Below, in pieces: positions 24,192-35,466 of a DNA stretch of 64,000 nucleotides (position 1 is its first letter; each line of letters starts with the position of its first letter). A program made the translations under genes and the position numbers. Source of the stretch: Acidimicrobiales bacterium (GTDB lineage Bacteria; Actinomycetota; Acidimicrobiia; Acidimicrobiales; Iamiaceae); the NCBI GenBank assembly GCA_035630295.1, contig DASQKY010000030.1, positions 1,426 to 65,425 on the forward strand, written 5' to 3'. A model generated the notes under the pieces. The model was not told where the DNA came from and made no database searches. It worked only from the letters and a program-made list of their open reading frames with translations.

Positions 24192-24833
24192 ATGGACATC
24201 GCCATCCTGCTCTACGACGGCTTCACCGCCCTCGACGCCGTCGGCCCCTACGAGGTGCTGGTCCGGGTGCCCGGGGCCACCGTCACCTTCGTGGCCACCG
24301 AGGCCGGGCCGATCCGCACCGACACCCGCCGCCTGGAGGTCACCGCCGACGCCGCCCTGGCCGACCTGGCCTCCCCCGACATCGTGGTCGTGCCCGGTGG
24401 GCCCGGCCAGGAGGACCACATGGGCGACGAGGCCGTCCTGGGCTGGCTGCGGGCCGCGGATGCCACCGCCCGGTGGACCACGTCGGTGTGCACCGGCTCG
24501 CTCCTCCTGGCTGCCGCCGGCCTCCTGGAGGGCAAGCGGGCCACCTCCCACTGGTTGGCCGTGGACCGCCTGGCCGACTTCGGGGCCGTCCCCACCGCCG
24601 AGCGGGTGGTAGTCGAGGGCCGCACCATCACCGCGGCCGGGGTCAGCGCCGGCATCGACATGGCCCTCCACCTGGTGGCGGCCGAGGCCGGTGACGTGGT
24701 GGCGCAGGCCATCCAGCTCGGCATCGAGTACGACCCCCAGCCCCCCTTCGCAGCCGGCTCCCCCACCACCGCCCCGGCCGAGATCACCGACTTCCTCCGG
24801 GCCAACAGCCGCCACGTGCTGGAACGGAGCTGA
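24192..24833 (+). CDS. DJ-1/PfpI family protein (isonitrile hydratase InhA-like)
   Basis: AGGAGA RBS. LDAVGPYE, VPGG, TSVCTGS, TAAGVSAGID, QLGIEYDPQPPF.AGSP. Confidence 0.9.
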   Translation: MDIAILLYDGFTALDAVGPYEVLVRVPGATVTFVATEAGPIRTDTRRLEVTADAALADLASPDIVVVPGGPGQEDHMGDEAVLGWLRAADATARWTTSVCTGSLLLAAAGLLEGKRATSHWLAVDRLADFGAVPTAERVVVEGRTITAAGVSAGIDMALHLVAAEAGDVVAQAIQLGIEYDPQPPFAAGSPTTAPAEITDFLRANSRHVLERS

Positions 24834-24868
24834 CCGCCGCTGGGCCGCCGGGGGCCCCGGCGGCCAGG

Positions 24869-25639
24869 ATGGGCGCCGTGGACGAGGGTGCCCTCCGGGA
24901 CCTCCTGGTCGCGGTGCGTGACGGCGAGGTCACGGCCGACGACGCCGTGGCCCGGCTCCGCCGGCTCCCGTTCGCCGACCTGGGCTTCGCCCGGGTCGAC
25001 CACCACCGCACCCTGCGCACCGGGCTGCCCGAGGCGGTGTACGGCCCGGGCAAGACCCCCGAGCAGTGCGCCGCCCTGGTGGGCGAGCTGCTGGCCGGCG
25101 GCGACGGGCCGGTGCTGCTGACCCGGGCCGACGGCGCCCAGGCCGACGCGGCCCTGACCGCCCACCCCGGTGGGGTGGTGACCGGCGACCGGCACCGCCT
25201 GGTGGCCTGGCGCCCGGTCCCGCCCCGGGCCGCCCACGTGGTGGTGGTGGCGGCCGGCACCGCCGACCTGCCGGTGGCCGACGAGTGCGCGGCCACGCTC
25301 ACCGCCCTGGGCCTCCCCCCCGACCGCCTCACCGACGTGGGCGTGGCCGGGGTGCACCGCCTGCTGGCCGACGCCGACCGGCTGGCCGTGGCCGACGCCG
25401 TGGTGGTGGTGGCCGGCATGGAGGGGGCGCTGGCCAGCGTGGTCGGCGGCCTGGCCCCGGCCCCGGTGGTGGCCGTGCCCACCAGCGTGGGCTACGGCGC
25501 CGCCCTGGAGGGGGTGACCGCCCTGCTGGCCATGCTGTCGTCGTGCGCGGCGGGCGTCACCGTGGTGGGCATCGACAACGGGTACGGGGCGGCGTGCGCC
25601 GTGCGCCGCCTCCTGGGCCCGGTGTTGGCCCGTGGCTGA
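24869..25639 (+). CDS. larB: LarB (PurE/AIR-carboxylase-like; NPN cofactor biosynthesis)
   Basis: DLGFARVDHHR..R.G.PE.VYG.GKT, AAGTADLPVA.E, DVGVAGVHRL, AGMEGAL.SVVGGL, VPTSVGYG, VVGIDNGYGAA. Confidence 0.93.
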   Translation: MGAVDEGALRDLLVAVRDGEVTADDAVARLRRLPFADLGFARVDHHRTLRTGLPEAVYGPGKTPEQCAALVGELLAGGDGPVLLTRADGAQADAALTAHPGGVVTGDRHRLVAWRPVPPRAAHVVVVAAGTADLPVADECAATLTALGLPPDRLTDVGVAGVHRLLADADRLAVADAVVVVAGMEGALASVVGGLAPAPVVAVPTSVGYGAALEGVTALLAMLSSCAAGVTVVGIDNGYGAACAVRRLLGPVLARG

Positions 25640-26861
25640 GGACCGCCCCGGCGCCGACGGCCTGGACGGCTCGGGCGGGGAGCGCACCGTGGCCTGGTTC
25701 CACTGCTTCGCCGGGGTGGCCGGCGACATGGCCCTGGGGGCCCTGGTCGACGCCGGGGCCGACCTGGCCGAGGTCGAGGCCCTCGTCCGCCGCCTGCCCG
25801 TCGAGGGCTGGACCCTGGAGGCCGAGCCCGTCCTGCGGGGTGGGGTGGCCGCCACCCAGGTCCACGTCCGGCTCCCGGCCGCCGAGCACCACCACCGCAC
25901 CTGGGGCACCGTTCGGGCCCTGCTGGAGGGGGCCGGCCTGCCGGAGCGGGTCCGCACCCGGGCCACCGCCACCTTCGCCGTCCTGGCCCGGGCCGAGGGG
26001 GCGCTCCACCGGATGCCCCCCGAGGACGTCCACTTCCACGAGGTGGGCGCGGTCGACGCCCTGGTCGACGTGGTGGGCACCTGCGCGGCCCTGGAGGTGC
26101 TGGGCGTGGACGACGTGGCCTGCTCGCCGGTGGCCGTGGGCCGGGGCACCGTCCGGGCCGCCCACGGCACCCTGCCCAACCCGGCCCCGGCCGTGGTGCG
26201 GATCCTGGCCGAGGCGGGGGCGCCGGTCCACGGCGTGGACTCCCCGGTCGAGCTGACCACCCCCACCGGGGCGGCCCTCATGGCCGCCCTGGCCTCGACC
26301 TTCGGGCCCGTCCCCGCCCTGGCCCTGCGGGCCACCGGCTTCGGGGCCGGCACCGCGGACCCCGACGGCACGGTCAACGCCACCCAGGTGGTGATCGGCC
26401 GGGCCGCCCCCACCGGCCCGGCCACCGGGGCCGGCCAGCCCGTGGTGGTGGTGGAGGCCACCCTGGACGACGCCACCGGCGAGGTGCTGGGAGCGGCGGT
26501 GCCCGCCCTGCTGGCCGCCGGGGCCCATGACGCCTGGATCACCCCGGTGGTCATGAAGAAGGGCCGGCCCGGCCACGTCGTCTCCGCCCTGGCCGACGAG
26601 GGCCGGGCCGCGGCGGTGGCCGAGGCTCTGCGGTCCGCCACCGGCAGCCTCGGGGTCCGGGCCGCCACCCACCGGCGCTGGCCGGCCCAGCGGGCCACCG
26701 CCGAGGTCGAGGTGGACGGCCACCGGGTGCGGGTCAAGGTCTCCCCGGTGCGGGCCAAGGCCGAGCACGACGACGTGGTGGCCGCGGCCGCGGCGCTCGG
26801 GCTCTCACCGGTCGAGGTGGCGGCCCGGGCCGAAGCCGCCTGGTGGTCCTCCCACCCCTGA
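25632..26861 (+). CDS. larC: LarC nickel-insertion protein
   Basis: HCFAGVAGDMALGAL.D, HHH, VHFHEVGAVDA.VD, P.PAPA, ELTTPTGAAL, E.TLDD.TGE, MKKGRPG, AEHDD. Confidence 0.93.
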   Translation: MAEDRPGADGLDGSGGERTVAWFHCFAGVAGDMALGALVDAGADLAEVEALVRRLPVEGWTLEAEPVLRGGVAATQVHVRLPAAEHHHRTWGTVRALLEGAGLPERVRTRATATFAVLARAEGALHRMPPEDVHFHEVGAVDALVDVVGTCAALEVLGVDDVACSPVAVGRGTVRAAHGTLPNPAPAVVRILAEAGAPVHGVDSPVELTTPTGAALMAALASTFGPVPALALRATGFGAGTADPDGTVNATQVVIGRAAPTGPATGAGQPVVVVEATLDDATGEVLGAAVPALLAAGAHDAWITPVVMKKGRPGHVVSALADEGRAAAVAEALRSATGSLGVRAATHRRWPAQRATAEVEVDGHRVRVKVSPVRAKAEHDDVVAAAAALGLSPVEVAARAEAAWWSSHP

Positions 26862-26930
26862 CCCCACCAACTTCGGACCGGAGTCCGCCCCGGTCGTCTC
26901 TGGTCCGAGGTTCGGGGCGATGGTGGCGGG

Positions 26931-28547
<1,617 letters not shown>

Positions 28548-28624
28548 CGGCGGCCCGAGGATAGGGGTCGGGCGCGGGCGTGGCTGCGTGGGGGGTGCGG
28601 GAGCGGCCGCTAGCCTCCGGCCCC

Positions 28625-29236
28625 ATGGCTCCGCCTCAGATCTCCGTGCCCCCCGTCGCCCAGTCCGGTGGGGGCTTCGACCCGCAGAGCGAGGTCTACA
28701 ACCGCCTCCTGCGCAACCGCATCGTGTTCCTCGGGTCCGAGGTCAACGACACCATCGCCAACCTCATCACCGCCCAGCTCCTGTACCTGGAGAGCGAGGA
28801 CGCCGACAAGGACGTCTGGCTCTACATCAACTCCCCCGGCGGGTCGGTGACGGCCGGCATGGCCATCTACGACACCATGCAGCTCATCGCCCCCGAGGTC
28901 GGCACCATCTGCATGGGCCTGGCCGCCTCCATGGGCCAGTTCCTGCTCTCGGCCGGGGCCAAGGGCAAGCGCTTCGCCCTCCCCCACGCCCGGGTGATGA
29001 TGCACCAGCCCTCCGGCGGCTTCCAGGGCCAGGCCTCCGACATCCAGATCCAGGCCGAGCAGATCCTCTACGTGAAGCGGCTGATGGCCCAGCGCATCGC
29101 CGAGCACACCGGGCAGAGCGTCGAGCAGGTCGAGGCCGACTCCGAGCGCGACCGCTGGTTCACGGCCGAGGAGGCCAAGGCCTACGGCATCGTCGACCAG
29201 GTCGTGAGCCGGCGCCAGGAGATGGCCGACACCTGA
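28625..29236 (+). CDS. clpP: ATP-dependent Clp protease proteolytic subunit
   Basis: [44 protein letters not shown] (Ser), MMHQP (His), ERD (Asp). Confidence 0.95.
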   Translation: MAPPQISVPPVAQSGGGFDPQSEVYNRLLRNRIVFLGSEVNDTIANLITAQLLYLESEDADKDVWLYINSPGGSVTAGMAIYDTMQLIAPEVGTICMGLAASMGQFLLSAGAKGKRFALPHARVMMHQPSGGFQGQASDIQIQAEQILYVKRLMAQRIAEHTGQSVEQVEADSERDRWFTAEEAKAYGIVDQVVSRRQEMADT

Positions 29237-29242
29237 CCGGGC

Positions 29243-29761
29243 TCAGCCGCCGTCCCCGGTGCCGGGGGCAGTGGTGGTGTCGTCCCCACCCTCGGTCGTC
29301 GAGCCGCCCGTGTCCGGCTCGGTGGCCGGCCGGGAGTCCTGGCCGAAGCCGGTGAGGTCGCACTCGGCCTCGGCGTCGGCGGCCACCCGGCTGCCGGCCT
29401 GGGCCAGGCCCGACAGCTCGTCGGTCTCGGCCAGGATGTCCTGGCGGGCCCCGGGCAGGTCGCCGGGGTTGTCGCGCACCGCCTCCAACACCAGCTCGAC
29501 GCCCTGGCGCAGCCGGGCCACGTCGGCCTTGATCCGCCCGGGGGCCTCGGCCTCCAGGGCCCGGAACTCGGCCAGGGCCTCCTCGATGCTGCTCTCCAGC
29601 CCGCCCGGGTCGCTGGCGTCGAGGGAGGACAGGATCTGCTGCACGTCGGGCACCGAGGCGATGCGGTCGCAGTAGGCGTCCTGGTCGCCCTCGTCGGTGC
29701 AGGCCGCCGGCCCCAGGGTCAGCGCCCCGGCCACGGCCACCGCCAGCAGACGGGCCCTCAC
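29243..29761 (-). CDS. Hypothetical lipoprotein
   Basis: GTGA overlap with rpe. Lipobox-like GPAAC, YC...C pair, T/G/D-rich tail. Confidence 0.6.
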   Translation of the reverse strand: MRARLLAVAVAGALTLGPAACTDEGDQDAYCDRIASVPDVQQILSSLDASDPGGLESSIEEALAEFRALEAEAPGRIKADVARLRQGVELVLEAVRDNPGDLPGARQDILAETDELSGLAQAGSRVAADAEAECDLTGFGQDSRPATEPDTGGSTTEGGDDTTTAPGTGDGG

Positions 29762-30459
29762 GCCGCCCCCGCCCGGGCCGCCTCGGCCCGGGCCCGCAGG
29801 TCGGCCACGGCGTGGCCCAGGCCCTCGGGATCGCGGTACAGGGCGCTGCCGGCCACCAGGACGTTGGCCCCGGCGGCGGCGGCGCCGGCGATGGTGTCGG
29901 GGCCGATGCCCCCGTCCACCTCGATGTCGACGTCGAGGCCGCCCGCGGTGACCAGGGCCCGGATCTCGGCCACCTTGGGCTCCATGGTGCCGATGTAGGC
30001 CTGGCCCCCGAAGCCCGGGTTCACGGTCATCACCAGCACCATGTCGACCAGGTCGAGCACGTGGACCACCGCCGTGGCCGGGGTGGAGGGGTTGAGGGCC
30101 ACCGCCGGGGACGCCCCCATCTCCCGCACCGCGCCCAGGGTGCGGTGCAGGTGGCGGGTCGCCTCGGCGTGGACGATGAGCACCTCGCACCCGGCGTCCA
30201 CGTAGCGGGAGGCCAGCTCCTCGGGGGCCTCGACCATCAGGTGGGCCTCGAAGGGGATCTCGACGTGCTTCCGGCAGGCGGCGATGACGTCGGGGCCGAA
30301 GGTGAGGTTGGGGACGAAGCGGCCGTCCATCACGTCCCACTGGATGCGGTCGACGCCGGCGTCGGCCAGGGCGACGCACTCCTCCCCGAGCCGGCTGAAG
30401 TCGGCCGGCAGCACCGACGGGACGATCGAGACGGGACGGGGCTCAGCCGGGTCGGTCAC
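29758..30459 (-). CDS. rpe: Ribulose-phosphate 3-epimerase
   Basis: PSVLPADF, DVMDGRFVPNLTFG, EAHLMV, MTVNPGFGGQ, EVDGGI, VAGSA. Confidence 0.95.
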   Translation of the reverse strand: MTDPAEPRPVSIVPSVLPADFSRLGEECVALADAGVDRIQWDVMDGRFVPNLTFGPDVIAACRKHVEIPFEAHLMVEAPEELASRYVDAGCEVLIVHAEATRHLHRTLGAVREMGASPAVALNPSTPATAVVHVLDLVDMVLVMTVNPGFGGQAYIGTMEPKVAEIRALVTAGGLDVDIEVDGGIGPDTIAGAAAAGANVLVAGSALYRDPEGLGHAVADLRARAEAARAGAA

Positions 30460-30513
30460 ACCGGCATGGTAGGCGCCGCCCCCGGGCCCACCGCCCGTCC
30501 CCCGGCCACCCGG

Positions 30514-31431
30514 TCAGGCCGCCCCGGCGGCCAGGGTGGGCCCCAGCCAGCTCGTCCACAGCCAGGCGGCCCCGGCCGCCGACCAGTGCTGGCCGTCCTC
30601 GGGCCGCGGGTCGCCCACGCCGTCCACGGCCCGGGGCCGGTCCCCGGCGCAGACCGCGGCGGCCGGGTCGACGACGAAGGTGCCGGCCGCCGCCGTCTCC
30701 TCGGCCACCGGGGCCACCACCTCGTCGCGGTACCAGGCCTGGGCCCGCCGGTCCTCCTCGTCGGGACCGCAGGGGTCGACCCACAGGCCCACCGGCACCC
30801 CGGTGGCGCCCAGGCGCTGGACCCGGGCCCGGAGGGCGTCGCGCACCACCTGGGTCCAGGCCGGGTCACCGGGGCCCACGGGCCGGCCGTCGCGCACGTG
30901 CTCGGAGCGCTCCCACGCCCCGGTGACCAGCAGGATCACGTCGGGCCCGGCGGCCAGGCCGGCCGCGTCGCCGGCCTCGATGGGCTCCACGCAGCCGTCG
31001 TAGGTGGCCGGCACGCCCAGGGCCACCGCCTCCGGGGGCCGGTCCCCGGTGGTGAGCAGGCCGCAGCCGACCAGAGCCCGGTTGTCGACGGAGCGCACCC
31101 CCGGGAGGGCGGCCGGCAGGTCCTTGCCGATGGTGTAGCCCACGCTGTCGCCCACCAGCATGACCGCCACCGGGGCGGCGCCGGCCGGGACGGTGGCGGT
31201 GGCCGGGGGCGGCGCCTCGGTGGAGGGCGGGGGGCCGGTGGTGGACGGGGTCGTGGGGGCCTCGGTGGAGGGCGGGGCGGTGGTGGTCGAGTCGGCCGTC
31301 GAGACGGCCGTCGAGCCCGTCGAGGGCAAGGGGTCGGCCGACGGGTCGTCCCCGCCGCAGGCGGACACGAGCACCGCGGCGCCGACGAGGACGGCCACCA
31401 GGCGGGCACGGGCGGGGATCGAACGGGTCAC
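30514..31431 (-). CDS. SGNH-hydrolase-type lipoprotein with Thr/Pro-rich linker
   Basis: GGAGG RBS. LVSAC lipobox, VGDSVG, GCG, DGQHW..AGA. Confidence 0.75.
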   Translation of the reverse strand: MTRSIPARARLVAVLVGAAVLVSACGGDDPSADPLPSTGSTAVSTADSTTTAPPSTEAPTTPSTTGPPPSTEAPPPATATVPAGAAPVAVMLVGDSVGYTIGKDLPAALPGVRSVDNRALVGCGLLTTGDRPPEAVALGVPATYDGCVEPIEAGDAAGLAAGPDVILLVTGAWERSEHVRDGRPVGPGDPAWTQVVRDALRARVQRLGATGVPVGLWVDPCGPDEEDRRAQAWYRDEVVAPVAEETAAAGTFVVDPAAAVCAGDRPRAVDGVGDPRPEDGQHWSAAGAAWLWTSWLGPTLAAGAA

Positions 31432-31501
31432 GGCACCTCCAGCGCGGCCCCGGCCGGTGCCGAGGCGCCCCCAGGCAAGCACACCGGGCGAGACTGGCCC
31501 G

Positions 31502-32524
31502 GTGCGCGCCACCGACCTGCCCACGCCCTGCCTCGTCGTGGACGGCGCCGCCCTGGCCGCCAACGTGGCCACCATGGCCGCGGCCCGGCCCGGGCGGGCG
31601 CTGCGCCCCCACGTGAAGGCGTTCAAGTCCACCGGCCTGGCCCGGGAGCTGGCCGCCGCCGGCCACGACGTCTTCTGCTGCGCCACCCCGGCCGAGGTGG
31701 TGGGCATGGCCTCGGTGGGCCTGGGGGCCGACCTGCTGCTGGCCAACGAGGTGGTCGACCGGCGCCGCCTGGCCCGCATGGTGGGGGCGACCGTCGGCTC
31801 CCGGGTGACCGTGGCCGTCGACTCCGAGGAGACGATCGCGGCCGCCGCGGCCGCCGGGGTGCGCGAAGTGCTGGTCGACGTGGAGGTGGGCCTGCCCCGC
31901 TGCGGCTGCCCGGCCGCCGAAGCCGGGGGCCTGGCCGGGACGGCCCGGGCCGCGGGGCTCGCGGTGCGGGGGGTGATGGGCTACGAGGGCCACCTGATGA
32001 TGGAGACCGAGGCCAAGGCGGCCAAGGTCGAGGCGGCCATGGCCATGCTGCTGGCCGCCCACGCCGAGGTGGGGGGCGACGTGGTCTCCGGCGGCGGCAC
32101 CGGGACCTGGGACCTCAACCGGTGGGTCACCGAGCTCCAGGCCGGCTCGTACACCCTCATGGACGGCGACTACGCAAGGCTGGGCACGCCGTTCCGGCCT
32201 GCCCTGTCGGTGCTGGCCACCGTGGTGTCGGTCAACCGGGCCAGGGGGTGGGCCGTGGCCGACGCCGGGCTCAAGGCCCTGGCCACCGACCACGGCCCGC
32301 CCACCGTCGAGGGGGCCACGGTGTGGTTCTGCTCCGACGAGCACACCACCTTCGCCCCGGCCGACGGGGCTCCCCTGCCCGCGGTGGGTGACCGGGTGGC
32401 CCTGCGCCCGGGCCACGTGGACCCCACCGTGGCCCTCCACGACCGCCTCCACGTCCTGGACGGCGACGAGGTGGCCGACGTCTGGCCCGTGGACCTCCGG
32501 GGCTGGGACCCCGTCGTGCCCTGA
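31502..32524 (+). CDS. PLP fold-type III enzyme (D-threonine aldolase/DSD1 D-serine dehydratase-like)
   Basis: LPTPCLVVD, RPHVKAFKS, R.GC, MGYEGH, SGGGTGT, ELQAGSY..MD..Y, DAG.KA...D.G, SDEH, PGHVDPT..LHD. Confidence 0.85.
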   Translation: MRATDLPTPCLVVDGAALAANVATMAAARPGRALRPHVKAFKSTGLARELAAAGHDVFCCATPAEVVGMASVGLGADLLLANEVVDRRRLARMVGATVGSRVTVAVDSEETIAAAAAAGVREVLVDVEVGLPRCGCPAAEAGGLAGTARAAGLAVRGVMGYEGHLMMETEAKAAKVEAAMAMLLAAHAEVGGDVVSGGGTGTWDLNRWVTELQAGSYTLMDGDYARLGTPFRPALSVLATVVSVNRARGWAVADAGLKALATDHGPPTVEGATVWFCSDEHTTFAPADGAPLPAVGDRVALRPGHVDPTVALHDRLHVLDGDEVADVWPVDLRGWDPVVP

Positions 32525-32532
32525 GCCCCGGC

Positions 32533-33138
32533 CTAGGGCTCGGCCACCAGCAGGGCGGCCAGGGCCCGCACGGCCCGGCCCCGGTGGCTGATGGCGTCCT
32601 TCTCGGCCGGGGTGAGCTGGGCCATGGTGAGGCCCCGGCCGCCGGCGGGCCGGAAGACGGGGTCGTAGCCGAAGCCGCCGGTGCCCTCGGGGGCCTCGGC
32701 GATGGTGCCCTCCACGGTGCCGGCCGCCACCAGCTCCCGGCCGTCGGGCCAGCGCGCCAGGGCCACGGTGCGGAAGCGGGCGGTGCGGCTGGCCCGCCGC
32801 ACGGCGGCCATCTCGGCCAGCACCTTGGCCACGTTGCGGCCGGCGTCGCCGTCGTCGCCGGCGTAGCGGGCCGAGCGGACGCCGGGCCGGCCGCCCAGGG
32901 CGTCGACCTCCAGGCCGGTGTCGTCGGCCAGGGCGGGCAGGCCGGTGGCCGCGGCCAGGGCCACCGCCTTCAACCGGGCGTTGCCCTCCAAGGTGTCGGC
33001 GTCCTCCACCACCTCCGGCACCTCCGGGGGCCGGGGCCGCAGGTCCACGTCGAGGCCGGCGGCGGCCAGGATCGACCGGATCTCGGTGGCCTTGTGGGGG
33101 TTGGCGGTGGCCAGGACCAGGCGCAGGGGGCCGCTCAC
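32533..33138 (-). CDS. rdgB: Non-canonical purine NTP pyrophosphatase (RdgB/HAM1)
   Basis: [46 protein letters not shown]. Confidence 0.95.
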   Translation of the reverse strand: MSGPLRLVLATANPHKATEIRSILAAAGLDVDLRPRPPEVPEVVEDADTLEGNARLKAVALAAATGLPALADDTGLEVDALGGRPGVRSARYAGDDGDAGRNVAKVLAEMAAVRRASRTARFRTVALARWPDGRELVAAGTVEGTIAEAPEGTGGFGYDPVFRPAGGRGLTMAQLTPAEKDAISHRGRAVRALAALLVAEP

Positions 33139-33863
33139 CGGAGGGCGGGGGCCTCGGCCACGGTGGCGAGCTGGAGCCCGGCCAGGGTGGCGATCCCGCC
33201 CTGGGCCAGGTCGAGCAGGGCATCGAGCTGGGCCCGGTCGAAGGGGGCGCCCTCGGCCGTGCCCTGCACCTCCACCAGCTTGTCGCCGGCCATGACCACG
33301 TTCATGTCCACCCCGGCCCGGACGTCCTCCACGTAGGGCAGGTCGAGCATCGGGGTGCCGTCGATGATCCCCACCGAGATGGCGGTGCACGTGGTGGTCA
33401 GCGGGTGGGCCTTGGCCGCCCCGGCCGCCACCAGGCGGGAGCAGGCGTCGTGGAGGGCGACCCACGCCCCGCAGATCGAGGCCGTGCGGGTGCCGCCGTC
33501 GGCCTGGAGCACGTCGCAGTCGACGGTCACCATGCGCTCGCCCAGCGCCTTCATGTCGCACACGGCCCGCAGCGACCGGCCGATGAGGCGCTGGATCTCC
33601 TGCGTCCGCCCCGACGGCTTTCCGTCCTTCACCTCGCGGCGGATCCGCTCGGCCGACGCCCCGGGGAGCATCGAGTACTCGGCCGTCACCCAGCCGGTGC
33701 CCCGGCCCCGCATCCACCGGGGCACGTCCTCGTCGACCGACGCCGTGCACAGCACGGTGGTGCGGCCGAACCGCACCAGGGCCGAGCCGGCGGCGGCGTC
33801 GGTGTAGTCGCGTTCGAAGGTGACGGGGCGGAGGTCGTCGGGCTGGCGGCCGTCGTGGCGCAT
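33135..33863 (-). CDS. rph: Ribonuclease PH
   Basis: [64 protein letters not shown]. Confidence 0.96.
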   Translation of the reverse strand: MRHDGRQPDDLRPVTFERDYTDAAAGSALVRFGRTTVLCTASVDEDVPRWMRGRGTGWVTAEYSMLPGASAERIRREVKDGKPSGRTQEIQRLIGRSLRAVCDMKALGERMVTVDCDVLQADGGTRTASICGAWVALHDACSRLVAAGAAKAHPLTTTCTAISVGIIDGTPMLDLPYVEDVRAGVDMNVVMAGDKLVEVQGTAEGAPFDRAQLDALLDLAQGGIATLAGLQLATVAEAPALR

Positions 33864-33927
33864 GAGGTCTCCCGGGAGGCGAGGGGGGCCAGCGTGGGCC
33901 ACCGGGCCGCCGGCGGCAAGCTCGGGC

Positions 33928-34773
33928 TCAGCCCCAGGCCACGTGCTCCACGGTGGCCACCTCGGGGCCGAGGAGCCGGGCTCCCAGCCGCCGGAACCAC
34001 TCGACGTCGCCGGAGGACAGGAAGCGGCGGGTGGGCGGCCCGGCGGCGGGGCTCCGGGGGGCCGGGCCGGCGCCGGACCGGAGCAGGGCCCGCACCTCGA
34101 ACGCCGTCTCGTCGGCCGAGGAGACCAGCACCACGTCCCGCCCGGCCACGTCGCTGATGGTGCGGGCCAGGTACGGGTAGTGGGTGCAGCCCAGCAGCAG
34201 GCTGTCGACCCCGGCCTCGACCACCGGGGCCAGCAACCGCTGGGCCAGCACGTGGACCTGATCGCTGCGGGTCTCGTCCCGCTCCACGAGCTCCACGAAG
34301 CCCGGGCAGGCGGCGCAGGTCAGCTCGACCGGGGCCCCGGCCGAGGCGGCGGCCACGGCCCGCTGGTAGGCCCCCGAGCCGATGGTCCCCACCGTGCCGA
34401 TCACCCCGACCCGGCCCGAGCGGGTGGCCGCCACCACGGCCCGGGCCCCGGGGTCGATCACCCCGACCACGGGGACGCCGGCGGTGCGCTGCAGCTCGTC
34501 GAGGGCGGCCGCGGCGGCGGTGTTGCAGGCGACGACGACCAGCTTGGCCCGGTGCTCCTCGACCAGGTAGCGGGTGATCTGGTGGGCGAAGCCGGCCACC
34601 TCCCCCTGGGGCCGGGGCCCGTACGGGTAGCGCCCGGTGTCGCCCACGTAGACGACGTGCTCGTCGGGCAGGAGGTCGATGACGGCCCGGGCCACGGTCA
34701 GGCCGCCGAAGCCGCTGTCGAACAGGGCGATCGGCCGGTCGTCGGCGGCCGCCACCGTCAGCTGGGCAGGCAC
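33928..34773 (-). CDS. murI: Glutamate racemase
   Basis: [32 protein letters not shown]. Confidence 0.95.
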   Translation of the reverse strand: MPAQLTVAAADDRPIALFDSGFGGLTVARAVIDLLPDEHVVYVGDTGRYPYGPRPQGEVAGFAHQITRYLVEEHRAKLVVVACNTAAAAALDELQRTAGVPVVGVIDPGARAVVAATRSGRVGVIGTVGTIGSGAYQRAVAAASAGAPVELTCAACPGFVELVERDETRSDQVHVLAQRLLAPVVEAGVDSLLLGCTHYPYLARTISDVAGRDVVLVSSADETAFEVRALLRSGAGPAPRSPAAGPPTRRFLSSGDVEWFRRLGARLLGPEVATVEHVAWG

Positions 34774-35402
34774 TCGCGCCGGACCGCCGCCTCCATGGCC
34801 TCGGCCAGGATCCGGCTGCCGGCGTCGGTGGGGTGCACCCGGTCGGTGGAGATCAGGTCGGAGCTGGGGTCCGGCCCCTCCGGGGCGTCGACCACGTCAC
34901 GCCAGGCCGGCGAGAGGTGGATGGTCGACACCGGCCGGGTGAGCTCCTCCAGCCTGGTGTTGTAGGCCTCCATCGAGGCCCGGTCGTAGTCGCCCTTGAC
35001 CGGCACCAGCATCCACACCGCGCAGGGCGCCCGGGTGGCCACCTCGACCATGAGCTGCAGCCCGGCCTCGGGGTCGGCCAGCTGCAGGATGTCGTTGTAG
35101 CCGGTCAGCAGCACCAGGGCGTCGGGCCCGTCGGCCAGCAGGTCCTCGGCCACCGGGACCAGCTGGTCGGTGCGGAAGCCGGGCCGGGCCTGGACGTCGA
35201 AGCGATCGGCCCAGTCGAAGCGCTCCTGGAGCACCCCGGCCGACAGGTAGGTGACCGAGTCCCCCACCGCGGCCACGTGGGTGCCCCCCCGGTCGTCGGT
35301 CACCACCAGGACCGCCACCGCCACCACGATGGCGGCGACGACCACGGCGAGGACCCAGCCGCCCACGCCGCGCCGCGGAGGAGACGAGGACGGCGAGGCC
35401 AC
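34758..35402 (-). CDS. Membrane-anchored SGNH/GDSL hydrolase
   Basis: N-terminal TM helix, VGDSVT, TGYND, DRVHPT..G. Start is estimated. Confidence 0.75.
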   Translation of the reverse strand: MASPSSSPPRRGVGGWVLAVVVAAIVVAVAVLVVTDDRGGTHVAAVGDSVTYLSAGVLQERFDWADRFDVQARPGFRTDQLVPVAEDLLADGPDALVLLTGYNDILQLADPEAGLQLMVEVATRAPCAVWMLVPVKGDYDRASMEAYNTRLEELTRPVSTIHLSPAWRDVVDAPEGPDPSSDLISTDRVHPTDAGSRILAEAMEAAVRRECLPS

Positions 35403-35466
35403 CCCCCGATCTCTAGCAGAGCGGACCCGGCCGGGGCCGGAGGCCGCCGGCCGGTGTCGGCCCGGG

